Shown: positions 1 to 13,118 of the stretch, one piece after another
How the letters are laid out: every line of letters starts with the position of its first letter
Position numbering within the stretch: position 1 is the first letter of the stretch
DNA from: Eledone cirrhosa
Taxonomy: Eukaryota
Length of the DNA stretch: 64,000 nucleotides
Direction: 5' to 3'
NCBI GenBank assembly: GCA_964016885.1
Contig: OZ024741.1
Span: 57,102,001 to 57,166,000 of the forward strand
Notes under the pieces: generated by a model
Told to the model about the DNA's origin: nothing
What the model saw: only the letters and a program-made list of their open reading frames with translations
The model's database searches: none
Made by a program: the position numbers and the translations under genes

Positions 1-400
1 AAATGAAAACACACACACACATAGAACAAACAACCAACCGGTAACATGTAAATAAACAAATAAATAAACGAATATAAACACACACAGACACCCGGATGTG
101 GCGCATGCGCAGACTGAGCACACAACACACACACAGAAACAAAATGGCGTAGGACAGAACAAAGGAGAGGCACAAAAACAAAGAAAAGAATCCCCAGTCA
201 CTGAAGAGGTCACATAATGTGTGACGAAAGAACTTTGAGAATATATAAACAACTATCTGGTTGTGGAACCAACCAACCAACCAGAAATTTATAAATTTAT
301 AAATTCCTAAATTTATAAATTTATTATAATAAATTGAAGTGAAAGCAACTGGTGCGTGTGTTTCTTATTGGCAACATGACCCTCCCAAAGTATAACAATA
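1..400 (+). mobile_element. PLE pseudo-LTR-like remnant carrying a hammerhead and ending in (TA)n
   Basis: HHR at 198-238. The terminus ATGACCCTCCCAAAGTATAACAATA-(TA)n is shared with the inverted-repeat element at 60982-61505. Confidence 0.55.
198..238 (+). ncRNA. Minimal type I hammerhead ribozyme (candidate)
   Basis: UCA-CUGAAGA-G-GUCACA(UAAUG)UGUGAC-GAAA-G(AA)CUU-UGA. Stem I 3 bp, stem II 6 bp, minimal stem III. Confidence 0.55.
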
Positions 401-482
401 TATATATATATATATGTTTCGAGGGGTAACCACAGTTAAATAAACTTACTCAAAACATTGATAGAGTATAGGCATCTTCATC

Positions 483-671
483 GGTGGGTTGGCAGTATCG
501 GTAGAGGATCGGACGCTATGCTTTGCAGCATAGAGTTACGGCCCTTTACGGTCTGCGTTCAAATCCCGCCGAGGTTAACTTTGCCTTTCATGCCTATAGG
601 TTCGATAAAATAAAGCACCAGTAATGCACTGGAATAATTGATGGCCTTGTGCCAAAAGTAGAAACAATTAT
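483..671 (+). mobile_element. tRNA-derived SINE, family A (MetaSINE-like core)
   Basis: A-box-like TGGCAGTATCGG, B-box GTTCAAATCC, core GCCTTTCAT...GATAAAATAAAG(T/C)ACCAG. More than 20 related copies occur in the window. Confidence 0.85.
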
Positions 672-1087
672 ATATAGAATGACAGAACAAGAACTGTTTC
701 ATTAATCAGTGGGATTGTTAGTTCTGATTAGTTATAAATGTCTCAGTTAGTAGTTGAGGGTGATGGTAAGGGGATCCTATCTAATGAAGCAAGTATCTAG
801 TGGTGGATGATGAGGAGGAAAGGGGGAGAAGTCACCTGATTAATGAGGGGAGGGAGCGGAGGAAAGAGAGTGAAAAAGGGGATGAGGAAGAAGAAATAAA
901 ATCAGGTGAAGTAGAGTGCTAGTGGTATGTGGGAGGGAAGGGGGTAGCCAAGTTTCTTTGAGTAGACAGAAAGAAGGATTCAAAAGAGAAAAGAGAATCT
1001 ATTTTATACATGCATGACTAGTTTTGGTCAAGTAAACAAGTGGGTAGGAAAACAAAAGTTCTTAGTGCTGAATTGTATGTGTTAACC

Positions 1088-1103
1088 ACACACACACACA
1101 CAC

Positions 1104-1154
<51 letters not shown>

Positions 1155-1183
1155 TATATAATATTTTTTTTTTTAAATGTTTA

Positions 1184-1248
<65 letters not shown>

Positions 1249-1252
1249 TATA
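1088..1252. repeat. Compound (CA)n/(TA)n/(TACA)n microsatellite
   Basis: Direct reading. Confidence 0.95.
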
Positions 1253-1330
1253 TATGGTGTCCCCCAAAACTGTATACATATATTTATTAGAATGCTGTTG
1301 AAGAGTGTATACATTTTTGGGGTCACCATG
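1253..1330. mobile_element. ~78-bp Tc1/mariner-type MITE
   Basis: TIRs ATGGTGTCCCCCAAAACTGTATACA / TGTATACATTTTTGGGGTCACCAT, flanked by TA. Confidence 0.65.
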
Positions 1331-1569
1331 TATAGAAAGAGGGAGAGAAAGAGAGAGTGAGGGAAAGAGTGAGAGAGATGGGGGGATTGAAATTGAATTG
1401 GGATTAGATTTTGCCGTATTTTAAATAAAGAAAATAGTCTATGCCTGCAGAAATCCTTTCTATGGTAATAATTCCATAGCTGGAGGCAAACACCAACTGT
1501 TTAACGAAAACTGGAATATCCTTTTAAGATTTACAATGTTTGTCACAAGTATGAAAATACACTGTTGAC

Positions 1570-1752
1570 AGGTGCAATGTGTCCGAACACGGAAGAGCCG
1601 AACTCCTACCATCATTGTCCCCCATCTCTCTCGCCCTCCCCATCTCTCTGTATTGTGAGCAAATGGGGTCCCACATGCTGGCAGACAGAATGGAGAAGGC
1701 GTTTCCTCGGAGGAGGGTAAAGGAGATACGCTGGAAGAGCCATTCCTTCTGG
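1570..1752. repeat. Dispersed repeat fragment, inverted homolog of 26335-26535 (unclassified TE)
   Basis: GTGTCCGAACACGG...GCTGGAAGAGCCATTCC matches the reverse complement of 26340-26527. Confidence 0.7.
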
Positions 1753-1879
1753 TATCCTCCAGTTTATGGAGGAGCTGATAACTTTGTTAGAACTCAATGC
1801 AGCCTTGAAGAGATGGTTCCAATGAGATCAGGCGGTGAATGCTATAGCTCTGTAGTAGGCTCTCATCGAAGATTCTACT

Positions 1880-1984
<105 letters not shown>

Positions 1985-2090
1985 GTGTGTGTGAGAGAGA
2001 GAGAGAGTGGGTCCTGGGTTCAGTACTGATGATTTCTTTTGAATGAAACAGTTCTAGTCCTGAAGAAGCTATTTCTATATTAAACATAAA

Positions 2091-2286
2091 GGCGGTGGAT
2101 TGGCTGTATCGGTAGAGCGTCGGACAACATACTTTACGGCATATAGTTACTGTTCTTTACGTTCTGAGTTCAAATCCCGCCCAGGTTAGCTTTACTTTTC
2201 ATCCTTACGGGGTCGATAAAATAAAGTACCAGTAATCGACTTTTCCCTCCCACAAAATTGTTTGCCTTGTGCCTAAATCAGAAATC
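2091..2286 (+). mobile_element. SINE family A with TSD
   Basis: TSD TCTATATTAAACAT on both sides. Inserted just 3' of a degenerate HHR (2036-2066). Confidence 0.85.
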
Positions 2287-2393
2287 TATATTAAACATGA
2301 TATATATAAAAGTCATAACAAAAATAACAAAACCAATGGCACAATACACGGAAGAAATATATTAGTTTAACGCTTGAAATAGCAGGAACAAAG

Positions 2394-2430
2394 TTAGCGT
2401 TTCGTTTCGGACAATAGTCCTTCATCAGAA
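2394..2430 (-). ncRNA. Degenerate minimal hammerhead (same family as 59769-59802)
   Basis: Reverse complement CUGAUGA-A-GGAC(UAUU)GUCC-GAAAC-GAAAC-GCUAA. GAAAC is duplicated and the cleavage site altered. Flanks are homologous to 59710-59800. Confidence 0.55.
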
Positions 2431-2765
2431 GATAGAGTTAGAAACAGAAGATAAATAGAAAGTAAAGAGTGAAGAGAGGAGGGAATGGGGAAATGCGAAA
2501 ACAAATTGGGGAGAAAAAAACACACGTGCATATTCAGTGGACCATATATATATATATATATATATGGATGGTGCAGTGCACCTTACTGCTGCATTAGTGC
2601 GGCAGAAACTTGAGTCCGGGAACCATTATAGGCACCCATTTTACGTGTGTTGTGTTGAAGCAAATAACTATGTGTATACTCTGGGAATGTATCTTACATT
2701 GCCCATGGTGTACGCTGAGATACAACCGGTACTGGCATTGATAAATATGCTGGGTCCGTCAACTC

Positions 2766-2816
<51 letters not shown>

Positions 2817-3034
2817 AAGAATTTCAATAGACTTTCGGCTGGGGAGAGGTATAATAACTGACCAATGAGGTGGGACCATATCCTTTGGACGCTAAAATTC
2901 GTTTATTCTTGCCCATATGATTCCAGTTCCTTTGAGGACTAACAACACACCCAGGAGCTGGACATATCGATGAATTAACAGGGTAGAACCCATTACAACA
3001 CCATGTTTTCCTGTTTTTTCTGCCTAAATTCTTA

Positions 3035-3087
3035 CTGCCTGATGAGGTCACAGCCAATAATGGCTGTCACTGAAATATATATAGCAG
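3035..3087 (+). ncRNA. Type I hammerhead ribozyme
   Basis: CUGC-CUGAUGA-GGUCACAGCCA(AUAA)UGGCUGUCACU-GAAA-U(AUAU)AUA|GCAG. Lies within a (TA)n-flanked insert at ~2816-3240. Confidence 0.8.
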
Positions 3088-4413
3088 CGAATTGGAATAA
3101 ACGAAGCCAACTTTAACATGTTTGACTTACACTTATTATTTTACATTACTCCGGAGTGAACAAACCAGCCTGCGAACTTCGTCGAGTGCTCTAACCTGCA
3201 TACTGAGGTGTCGGTGAACAACCAACACATACTCAAAATTTATATATATATATATATATGGTATGGTCCCGTAACTCCTGATAAAGTCGTTCTTGGGCAC
3301 ACGGTAAACAGCAGAGGCCACGTGTTGCCTCTCTCCGACAACTGGGGGTTTTCCCCTCGGAAAACCCCCGTTGATGGATGCGAAATCCGAAATATAAGGA
3401 CAATTAAATCACTTCCAAGGTAACTCTATCTCGTGTTATTATTTTTTACACTTTTCCTATGTTCCTTTACGCGCACTACGTCTCTTTCTACGCTTCCTCC
3501 TACATCTCTCTCTCTCTCTCTCTCATTACCATCTGATTCTGTTACCCGGAGATTTACCCACCTGCATTGTTGAGACTTCCAAAACGACCCTTTTTATTAT
3601 TCCACAATGCTTCAAGCAAACTTCAACACTCTCTTATATATATGCATGTATGTATTTATGTATGTTTGGGTATATATTCACCGTCGAAACCAAACCAAAG
3701 GAAGGACCCATCACACTGACATATTCATTCACATTTTCAATCTCATTTCCCACCTTGGAAATTCAAATTCCTTGATTCAAGTCGTTGTAAACGTATTTTT
3801 ATTGATTTCCATAACACCAATTTAGACTGTATAATTTTTTTTATTGTTTGTTTGTTTTTCTTTGCTGTGGAATATTTAAACACGGTTAAAAATGTTATTT
3901 TCTTCGCTGCTCTTAATGCAAATTACACAAATGGTGGTAATCTCTCGTTTAATGGAATGTGTGCTGTTTGGTGTGGAAAACAATGTTTTCTAAACCAATG
4001 AAATAATATATTTTAGTTCAAACGAAAATATTTTCTAAATAAATAGACCGAATGAAATAAATGAATTGAGTCTTCTACTTCTTCTTCTTTCTACCCCCCC
4101 CCCCCCACATCCTCATCATTCTTCTTCTTCTCAATGTTTTAAGATATATTTCTCAAATTATTAAATCGATTTAAGGAAACGGTAAAGGAAATTATTTAAA
4201 TTTATTGTAATATTCAGGAACACATCAGTGGCAAAGAGGAAAATTCACTAAAAACACTAACTGCATCCAGTATTAATAGCAACAGTAATAACAACAACAA
4301 TAACAGTAATGCCATGAGCATCAGCAGCAGCAACAGCAGCAACAACATCAGCAGCGACAATAACAACACCACAAGCAGCATCAACGACAATAACAGTAAC
4401 AGCAGCAAAAATA

Positions 4414-4763
4414 ATTATGATTTCTGATTTAGGCATAAGGTCAACAATTTTTTAGGGCAAGGGAAAGTTGATTAAATCGACCTCAGTGCATTACTGGTAC
4501 TTTATTTTATCGACCCCGTAATGATGAAAGACAAAGATAACTTCGGTGGGATTTTAATAATAATAATGGTTTCTACAAGGTCAACAATTTTGGGGGAGAG
4601 GGGAAAGTCGATTAAATCTACCCCCAGTGCGTTACTGGTACTTTATTTTATCGTCCCCGTAAGGAGGAGAGGCAACGCTAACCTTCGCAGGATTTGAACT
4701 CAGAACAAAAAGGGCCGTTGCAAAGTATGTTGTCAGACGCTTTAATGATACTACCAATCCACC
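4414..4763 (-). mobile_element. Two tandem SINE family A copies
   Basis: Reverse-complement core ACTGGTACTTTATTTTATCG occurs twice. Flanked by (CAA/CAG)n-rich tracts. Confidence 0.8.
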
Positions 4764-5127
4764 AATATCAACAAAAACAACAGCAAAAAGAACAACAGCA
4801 GCAACAGCAACAACAACAAATACAACAGCAACACCAACAAAAACAACGATAGATTCGAGTTATTTGTTAGCGCAATCATACTACTGTGATTTTATTAAAC
4901 TCATACAAAGGCATATAAGCAGAACAAAACATTAATTTTGCTTCACAAAATATATTGATATTTATTTAATTGTGCAATGAGAGAAAGAGGATTCCTGTTC
5001 GTTTCACTTCAGTGGCTGTATATAACAAAAACAAAAAAAATAATTAAATTAATATGGTTGATGTTAAAATTAAAGAAATGAATTTTTTATATTCTTATTA
5101 TTGCTTTCTATTATTAGCTTTAACTTA

Positions 5128-5545
5128 AGTGCCGTGGATTGGCAGATTCGGTAGAATGTTGGACATAGTTTACATATTGTTGCATATAGTTTACGTTCTG
5201 AGTTCAAATCCCGTCAGGGTTAGCTTTGCCTTTCATCCTTACGGGATCAACAAAATAAAGCACCAGTAATGCACTGAGGTCGATTTAATTGACTCTCGCC
5301 TCCCCAAAAATTGTTGGCCTTGTGCCTAAATCAGAAACCATTATTAGTTTTAACTCTAGGCTGGTAAACTAGAAGTATCAGTGGTACATCGGATAGCATG
5401 CTTATTCTGAGTTCGAATCCCCCCGAGGTCAACTTTGCCTTTCATCCTTTCCGGGTAGATAAAATAACAATGTAGCAGCACTGGCGTTGATATAATCGAC
5501 TTTCCTAAAAATGTGTGGCCTTTTGCCAATATCAGGAAGAATTAT
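5128..5545 (+). mobile_element. Two SINE family A copies bracketed and separated by TTATTAG(C/T)TTTAACT
   Basis: The motif recurs at ~5111, 5341 and 5542. Confidence 0.8.
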
Positions 5546-7144
5546 TAGTTTTAACTCTTATTAGTTTCAAAGATTAAAATCTTTGGAATCCTGACAATAA
5601 TTTCAAATGTAACGACAATGCCACAGTTTGGTCGGGGAGGGGAGAAGATTAATTCAACCTCATACTCGATTGGCATTTTATTTTGTCGACTCCGGAACTA
5701 TGGAAGGCAACGCTGACCTCGGCAGTATTTGAATTCACAATGTAAAGAACCAGAACAACGCATTTTATCCGACTTCCTAAGGATTCTGTTTCGCAATCAT
5801 GAGGTATCGTGTTAGATACTACTGCCTGGCTTCTGTACGACCATAGCTTCGGAGATCCAAGCATTGAGTCTGAGTCTGCACAGACACAAGAACTCGCATT
5901 TTGAGGAAATGATACTGTTGATTACTTCACTGGTACTTATTTTATTTGAGTACTTCACTGGTACTTATTTTATTTATCCTGAAAGGATAAAAATAAGCGA
6001 AATTGACTTTAGCAGAATGTGAAATCGGAATTGAAAGAATCGTAACAAAATACTTGCATCGCATTTTATCCGCCGCTCTATCGATTCTGCCAACCCATCG
6101 ACTAAACTATGTAATAATGTATGTTATCCAACCATCTTGCTTGGGGTCTACACCTGGGTTTCCTGTCGGTTGGTTTTGCCCGTAAAATCTGCCCAGCGAT
6201 TCTTTCTAGACATTCCAACCACATACGCGTTTGGATAAAGTAATGGTTTGTATAAGAGAAACCTTACATTGTTTATACTGATTACTGATACGTGGAAGTG
6301 GTTAAAGATAAAATGATATTTTAATCATGTATTTCTAGTGATAGCATGCCCCTCCCAAAGTATAAAAATTACTTAAATGTTCGGAATGTATGTACAAATG
6401 ACATGTAGAATTAAATATTTGTGTTACTTTGGAGAAATAATTATTTACAGAGTAAAGTAAACATCTTATAGCAACACATCTTATATAGGAAATACATTGT
6501 GTGTATGTTTGTGTGAGTATATGGTTGATTGTTTTAACACTCAACGTAATGTTTTATTGTTTGTTATAAGGAAACGGTGAAGTTGGATAATAATGGAATA
6601 ACCCACATTTATTGTACCTGCAACACAACTAATTGCATTGTTTTTGACTTCACCTTTATTTTCTTTTTTCTTGTAGTTAGGAAATGAAGATTTTTCAAAG
6701 ATTTATTTTTCATAAACATCTTGCGGTTCTTTTATTTCACCATAAAGGGAATCTGGCTCACACATTGACGTCATCTCACAATTAGCTTCCTCTTTTTTTT
6801 TTTACAAATTAATTACTTTTTAGTGCGTAATTATGTCGTTTGATATTAACGATGTTGGTGGTGGTGTAGCCTTATGGTGATGTAGCTGCAGATAACAAAG
6901 GTAGTAGGTAATTCTTGTATTGGTGGAGACGTTTATAGGAATAATAATGGCAGTTTTGATCGGAGTGTGTGATAGGGGGTCGCAATGAAAGCCATTGTTG
7001 GATGACGTAGATAGCAGATGTGAACTTATTGGTCATAACGTAACGAGGGAAGTTCTTAGGGAAACAGTATGTGTGAAAAAAAAAAAAGGTTTGTTGTGAA
7101 TAAATGAAATTTCATCATGTTGATTTAAAAAATAACATGCGCTG

Positions 7145-7485
7145 TAGATCGATTTGAATAAAATATAGATTTTTATTCTCGATTAACTCAAGTTCGCTTC
7201 ACTTATGCTGATAATACACTTGAAAAAATCTTGAACGTCACAAGATCAAATTCCTCCTTCTCTCCAAAATATAAGGTCTTTGTGCCACATTAACTCCTCT
7301 CATCACGAAGATTAAAAAATCTAGGTTATAGATCGATTCAAATAAAAATATAGATTTTTATTCCTGATTAACTCAAGTTCATTTCCCTTATGCTAAAGAT
7401 GCGCTTGAGAAAATCCTGAACGATACAAAATATTCAATTAAACCCCCCTCCAAATATAAGTCCTTTGTACCACGCTCACTTTCCT
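7145..7485. repeat. Diverged tandem duplication, unit ~185 bp
   Basis: TAGATCGATT..AATAAAA.ATAGATTTTTATTC..GATTAACTCAAGTTC starts at both 7145 and 7329. Confidence 0.75.
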
Positions 7486-10400
7486 TCTATTTTTTTTTTT
7501 TTTTAAGGATATTTGCGGGTGAAGTTTCGATTCCAGGTTGAAACATAATCATTTTATTTACGTCTTTAATGCGCTTTAGAAAACATAAACGTCACCACAC
7601 CACATTTGTTATTTTGTCAAAAAGAAACTTAATATTAGTACCAGTAATGCACTGGGTAATTGCTGGCTTTGTGCCTAAAGTAGAAACAATTATTTGTAAA
7701 ATGAGAGCGTCGGACAAAATCCTTTATGGCTCTACGTTCTGAGCTCAAAAACCCTTCGACGTCAACTTCGCCTTTCATCCTTCCGGGATTGATAAAATAA
7801 AGTACCAGATAAGCACTTGAATATAATCGATGTATCTCTCCTCGTTAAAAAAAAAAAATTGCTAGCCTTGTGTTAAAATTAGAGACCATTAAAAAAAAAA
7901 AAAAAAAATCCTTACGGGGTCGATAAAATAAAGTACCAGTAATTCACTGGATTAATTGCTGGCCTTGTGCCAAAAGTAGAAACAATTATTATTTGTAAAA
8001 TGTTGACGACTGTTGATGAGCCAGTACCAAGTTTTACGCAAGCGGATTTCATGAAATGGTTTCGACTATCTGTTGATTACAAATTTCTTCACAAACACCA
8101 TTAAAGCGGTGCCCCAGCCGGGTCGCAGCCTAATGACTGAAACAAATAAATGAATAGAAGAATAGGTATGTATAGACCTGTAACTCCTGGTGGAGTTGTA
8201 GAGGCGTGTCGTGATCATTTTAAACACAGAGGAGTCCATCACTGTGAATACAGCCGATTTCTTCCAGAGAAGAAGGGTGAGTGACAGAGAGGAAGTGATA
8301 AGGAGATATAGAGGAAGAATCGATCCTAATATTTAATGCACGCTTTTTAATAGAGCTCGAGAAAATGAAAGGCAAAGTTAACCTCTGCGGGATTTGAACT
8401 CAGAGAGCACAAACAACACCCACAAAATTCCATCCAACGTTATAACGACTCTGCAAATTCACCGTCTTTAAATAAAAGAATAAATCTTCTTCAAAATATG
8501 TGAACATCTCACAGTCATACCTCTCTCATCCGTTTAATGACTTCGTCAAATGAAACGCTCACAAACCTTATCAGAGCCTCTGCGGCTGGTGAGATACTGA
8601 TAGGAAGTTATCCTGTAAACAGAGAACTCACTCTAATAATTGTTTCTACTTTTGGCACAAGGCCAGCAATTAATTCAGTGTATTACTGGTGCTTTATTTT
8701 ATCGACCCCGTAAGAATAAAAGGCAAAGTTAACCTTGTCATGACTCACTCTAATAATGTCAACACAACAAACTTCTCTAAAACCACTCAAGGTGCAGCTG
8801 GTGGTGTTAAACTGGGGACGTGTTGTCTGTACCATTTAATAACAGCGGGAATTCCTCCAAATATCTTTCACACAGTCTCCGACTATCAAATTTCATTCAC
8901 AAGATTTAGCTCAAGCCAAGGCTATAGTAGAAAACATTTTCCAAAGGTGTCACACAGTGGAATCGAACACAAAATCATATTGTTTCGAAAGGAAATTCTT
9001 ATCCACACAGCTACGATTGATAATTTTTAGTATCACTACTAAACTATTCCAGTTGGTTTTAAAGAACCGTGTCTAATTTCTTCAGATGCATTAAATGACT
9101 CAAAGTCAAATTTTCGACTGTACAAGACGTTAGCCTATCACAGGTAACTTTCCCTGAACCTTTAGTACACATTTCTCAACAAATATAAATATAAGTATGT
9201 AGGCTAGCACAACAAACGTTTGCACAGAGTAGCCAACACACACCTGAAATGGATTTGAACCTGTGAATCGTACGCTGGTATTTCAATATCACATCCAATC
9301 GACAATTTTGTTTTGAAAATTCTGCTGCATGGCGTTTTGCTCGAGACGCCACGCAGCGGGATTGAACCAGGGATATAACTACTGTGAAGTGAACTTCTTA
9401 ACCATTCAGCCATGCTACGTCCAAGAAAGAAATGAATACTGTGTGGAAAATGTGGCGGTGAATTCTCCAATTTCGCGGCGATTTAACTAAATGTCTTACA
9501 GCAATTAGTTTCGCCCCTTTGCGTGCTGAATTCAAATCTTGCCAGGATCGATATAAGGAGTAATATCAATGAGGCTGATTCAATCGACTGTGCGTTTTCT
9601 CCACTACAAAATTTGGCTTCGTTCCTACTAAAAAGAAATCAATATTGTTCTTGAAATGTTTGCGTCATATATTTATTATACAGATGATTAGCGCACAGTG
9701 ATGGGTTAGAAAGACGAAAGAAAAAAAAGGTTATTTGGTACCAATTATATATACATAGCGGTGACACAAAGTCTCTCCTTCAATTGAATTAACTCATATC
9801 TTTTGTTTCCAAATGTAACTAAATACTAATTATGTTATTTTGTAACGATATTATAAATGAGCCTACTAGAACGAAATGTATTTAAATTATAAATGTATCT
9901 TGCCAACAGTTCGTTTCCTTAATATTAGTTTCAAATTTCAAATCGAAATACTTTAGAATAAGAATAATATTACATTCTTCATTGAAGTAAATTGTTATTT
10001 CTTTTGGATAGCCGCAGAAACTCTTCGATTTATGGGGAGAGTATAATGAGAAGCTGATACATTCACAATATCATTAGTAGAGAAGGTGAATGATTATACG
10101 GTTTGTGCACCGTATTTCTGCAATACAATTGCCGATAAAGCAACTGGAGATATTTGCATTAAAATTTAACTGTGTGAAAGAAATGGACGGGAGTGGGACA
10201 TGCATACGAGTATAGTTTCGTTTAACCCAGCTATTCACAAGCTGGGACTAGAAAAGGTAGCAGTGGGGGGCATGTTAGTTGAGTTCAACATTTCCATTAT
10301 TTTGTTAACTAGTTTAAGTATAAACGTGTCAAATGATTGTTAATAATCTGGGGTAAGCAGAGTCGTTAGGACGCTAAAGCTGCGGTTAAGTTAACTTTGT

Positions 10401-10554
10401 CTTTCATCCTTTGGTTGATAAAAAAAGTATTAGTTCAGTACTAGGGTCGATTCTCTCTCTGGAAGAAATCTGCTGTGTTCAGACCGTAGGAAGGATGGTC
10501 TCCATTCAAAAGTTACGGATACACACATATATATATATGTGTGTGTACATACAT

Positions 10555-11098
10555 AAACAAAATTAAAAACAAACAAGGAGGAAAATGTTGAGAAAGATGG
10601 CACTAAAAAATACTGGTGGGACCTGAAAATAAAAACTGCCAACAAATAAAACACAACCGGCCTGATATTGTTTGAGACCACACATTGAAAACGTTCTCTG
10701 TTGTAGAGATGAGCTGCCCACTTGATGTCAACGTTGTAAGAAAAATACAGGAGAAGGTCATCTATGGACCATTGATGAGAAGTTTGCAGATCCAGTATCC
10801 AAGATACTGGATCTGCAAACTTCTCATCAGTGGTCTTCATACCCATCATTATTGGAGCTACAGGTTATATACCAACCCGCTTGGACCAAAGTATGACTGA
10901 ACTTGGATTTGTGAACAAAGAGCACAGCTCCCTAATTCATAGACTACAAATGACACCTTCAAAATTTTCTAAACATTCTTGCGATGACAATTTCTTTTCT
11001 TTTACAACCTTACCATCAGGAAGGTGGCCGGTCAAAAATGTACTCGAAATGTACTAAAAAATATATTTTAAAATGTACTCGAAATTAAGAGAAAGAGA
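10555..11098 (+). mobile_element. 3' fragment of the Dong/R4-like element (same family as 46700-49846), degenerate
   Basis: VVEMSCPLDVNVVRKIQEK and IPIIIGATGYIPTRLDQSMTELGF match the C-terminus of 47568-49763. Same 3' UTR. Followed by (CATG/CATA)n. Confidence 0.9.
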
Positions 11099-11126
11099 AG
11101 CATGCATGCATGCATGCATACATACA

Positions 11127-11632
11127 TGATGGCTGCCGCCTCGTTATCGAGTATGGCCATTGCACGATATACCATTATTAATAATTATTAATTAATTCTA
11201 TTGTGCAATGCCTGTGCGTGAAGATATTTTTTAAAGTGAGGAAATACTGTGCACTGAGCCAATCCCACTCTCTGAGCGACAGTAGCTATAACCCGAAAAG
11301 AAGAAAAGATCAACATCATCGGTAACTACTGAGCCGCAGGTTTTACATCGGAGTTATCCCAGTTTCCTGATTTGCCTTCTCCTAGAAGAATGCCCTGACA
11401 AAGGCTCGGTGTCCTTCACTCCAAGTGGTTTAACCGCGTGGTACAGGTGTATATACATATTTACACACTTTGGGATTGTCATTGGTTTTGTTTTTTTGTC
11501 CTGCAGCGTGTCCAAAATCACCCTCCTCACCAAGTAAACTTGGTGGGGTTGCCGGTTTAGTCGCCGACGACCCGACCAGGTGACAGGTTGTACTGGGTTA
11601 CATCTTACCAGTAGCACTCAAGAGTGACCCGA
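11127..11632 (-). mobile_element. Diverged full-length copy of the (TACA)n-associated non-autonomous retroelement
   Basis: Both ends are homologous to 37048-37654. Flanked by (CATA)n. Confidence 0.75.
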
Positions 11633-11661
11633 CATACATACATACATACATACATACATAC

Positions 11662-12380
11662 ATGGTGGCTGCCAACTCGTTTTCGAGTACAGCCACTACT
11701 TTATATATATGTAGGAGAACCCCTACTAATGCGCTGAACGAGTGTGACTTTTTAGTCCAGCCAGCGACTTGAAAACTCTGGTACAAACACTACACTTGTG
11801 ACAATTATTGACATAGTGTTGGGCCCATGGTACCATGTGACGACAAGTGCAGAGAGATCTCCAGATACAAAGCATACATATATATATACATGGTGGCTGC
11901 CAACTCGTTTTCGAGTACGGCCACTACTTTATATCCATGTAGGAGAACCCCTACCAATGCGCTGAACAAGTGTGACTTTTTAGTCCAGCCAGCGACTTGA
12001 AAACTCTGGTACAAACACTATACTTGTGACAATTATTGACACATAGTGCTGGGCCCTTGGTACCATGTGACGACAAGTGCAGATAGATCTCCAGATATAA
12101 AGCAATGCCTGTGCCGTGAATCTTTTATAGTGAGCAAAGGCACTGCACAAAGCCAGTCCCACTCTCTTAACCAAGATTATACCTACCAAAAAGAAGAACA
12201 AGTCAACATCATGGTTGCAGGTGTTATATCAGAGTTTTCCTTCTCCTAGAATTCTGCCTTGACAAAGGCTAAGGGGTCATCTCTGCCGGTGATTTTGGAT
12301 GGCCATTGACTCTTAAGAGCTCCTTTGCCCTATGACAGGTTTTGTTTTTAGTCCTGCAGGATGTCCAAAGTCACCCTCTC
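11662..12380 (-). mobile_element. Two 5'-truncated copies of the same non-autonomous element (11662-11872, 11890-12380)
   Basis: Share the terminus ATGGTGGCTGCCAACTCGTTTTCGAGTAC, with variable opposite ends. Confidence 0.85.
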
Positions 12381-12950
12381 ATCCATCCATCCATACATAC
12401 ATACATACATGCAGGCAGGCAGGCAGGCAGGCGGTATTGAAATTACTCTCATTTTCCTCTCTTGTGTGTTATCTCGTCGTGTGACAATCTGAGAGGGGAG
12501 TAATCATAGTGGCGATAGGGTTATTGGCTGGGAAAGTTAATCCAAATGTAATGGGGTCTTGGTTGGGGAAAGGTTGGGAACAAAATACAAAAAGAGACGA
12601 AAAATAGAGTCAGAATAAAAAGATGAAAATAAATGAAAATCAAGAAAAATAAAGGGATGAAAAAAAAATGAAAAACAGGCAGACTAAAGAGATGAAAAAT
12701 ACAGGATGAAAAGATATGAAAATCAAGAAGAATAAAGGGATGAAAGAAATGAAAATACAGTTAGAAGCGTTAGTGTGATGAAACAGAAGGATGACTGGAG
12801 TAAAACAGTAACATCCTTTGTTTTCCTTCCAGTAGAAGAAAGATATGGTAGATGTTTCTATTTTCTACTGAATTCCTGCTGGGGATATTGTTGTTATTGC
12901 TATTTAGCCCCCATGTTCGCACTGATCGAGTAAACCATGACCATCGCACA

Positions 12951-13118
12951 GAGGGTCGGACACCATGCTTTGACGCATAGAGTTACGGCCCTTTATGGTC
13001 TGAGTTCAAATCCCATCGAGGTTAACTTTGCCTTTCATCCTTACGGGGTGGATAAAATAAAGTACCAGTAATGCACTGGGATAATTGCTGGCTTTGTGCC
13101 AAAAGTAGAAACAATTAT
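12951..13118 (+). mobile_element. SINE family A (5' slightly truncated)
   Basis: B-box, core and tail all match the family. Confidence 0.85.

Noticed and set aside
483-671. tRNA genes at SINE heads
   Set aside because: The A and B boxes are separated by an extended insert and followed by the SINE core. No cloverleaf forms.
676-746. HHR-like remnant on the minus strand (GAAACAG-UUCUUGUU-CUGUC with a UAAUCAG/CUGAUUA stem)
   Set aside because: The core reads CUGAGAC and stem I does not close. At best a degenerate relative of 58018-58066, so not counted.
2586-2620. Half hammerhead (UGCUGCA/UGCGGCA-GAAA-CU(UG)AGUC); also a lone CUGAUGAG at ~22790
   Set aside because: The other half of the core is missing. 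These may be truncated remnants but cannot be supported as ribozymes.
4214-4408. Poly-Leu 'membrane protein' ORF
   Set aside because: Antisense reading of a degenerate (CAA/CAG)n tract.
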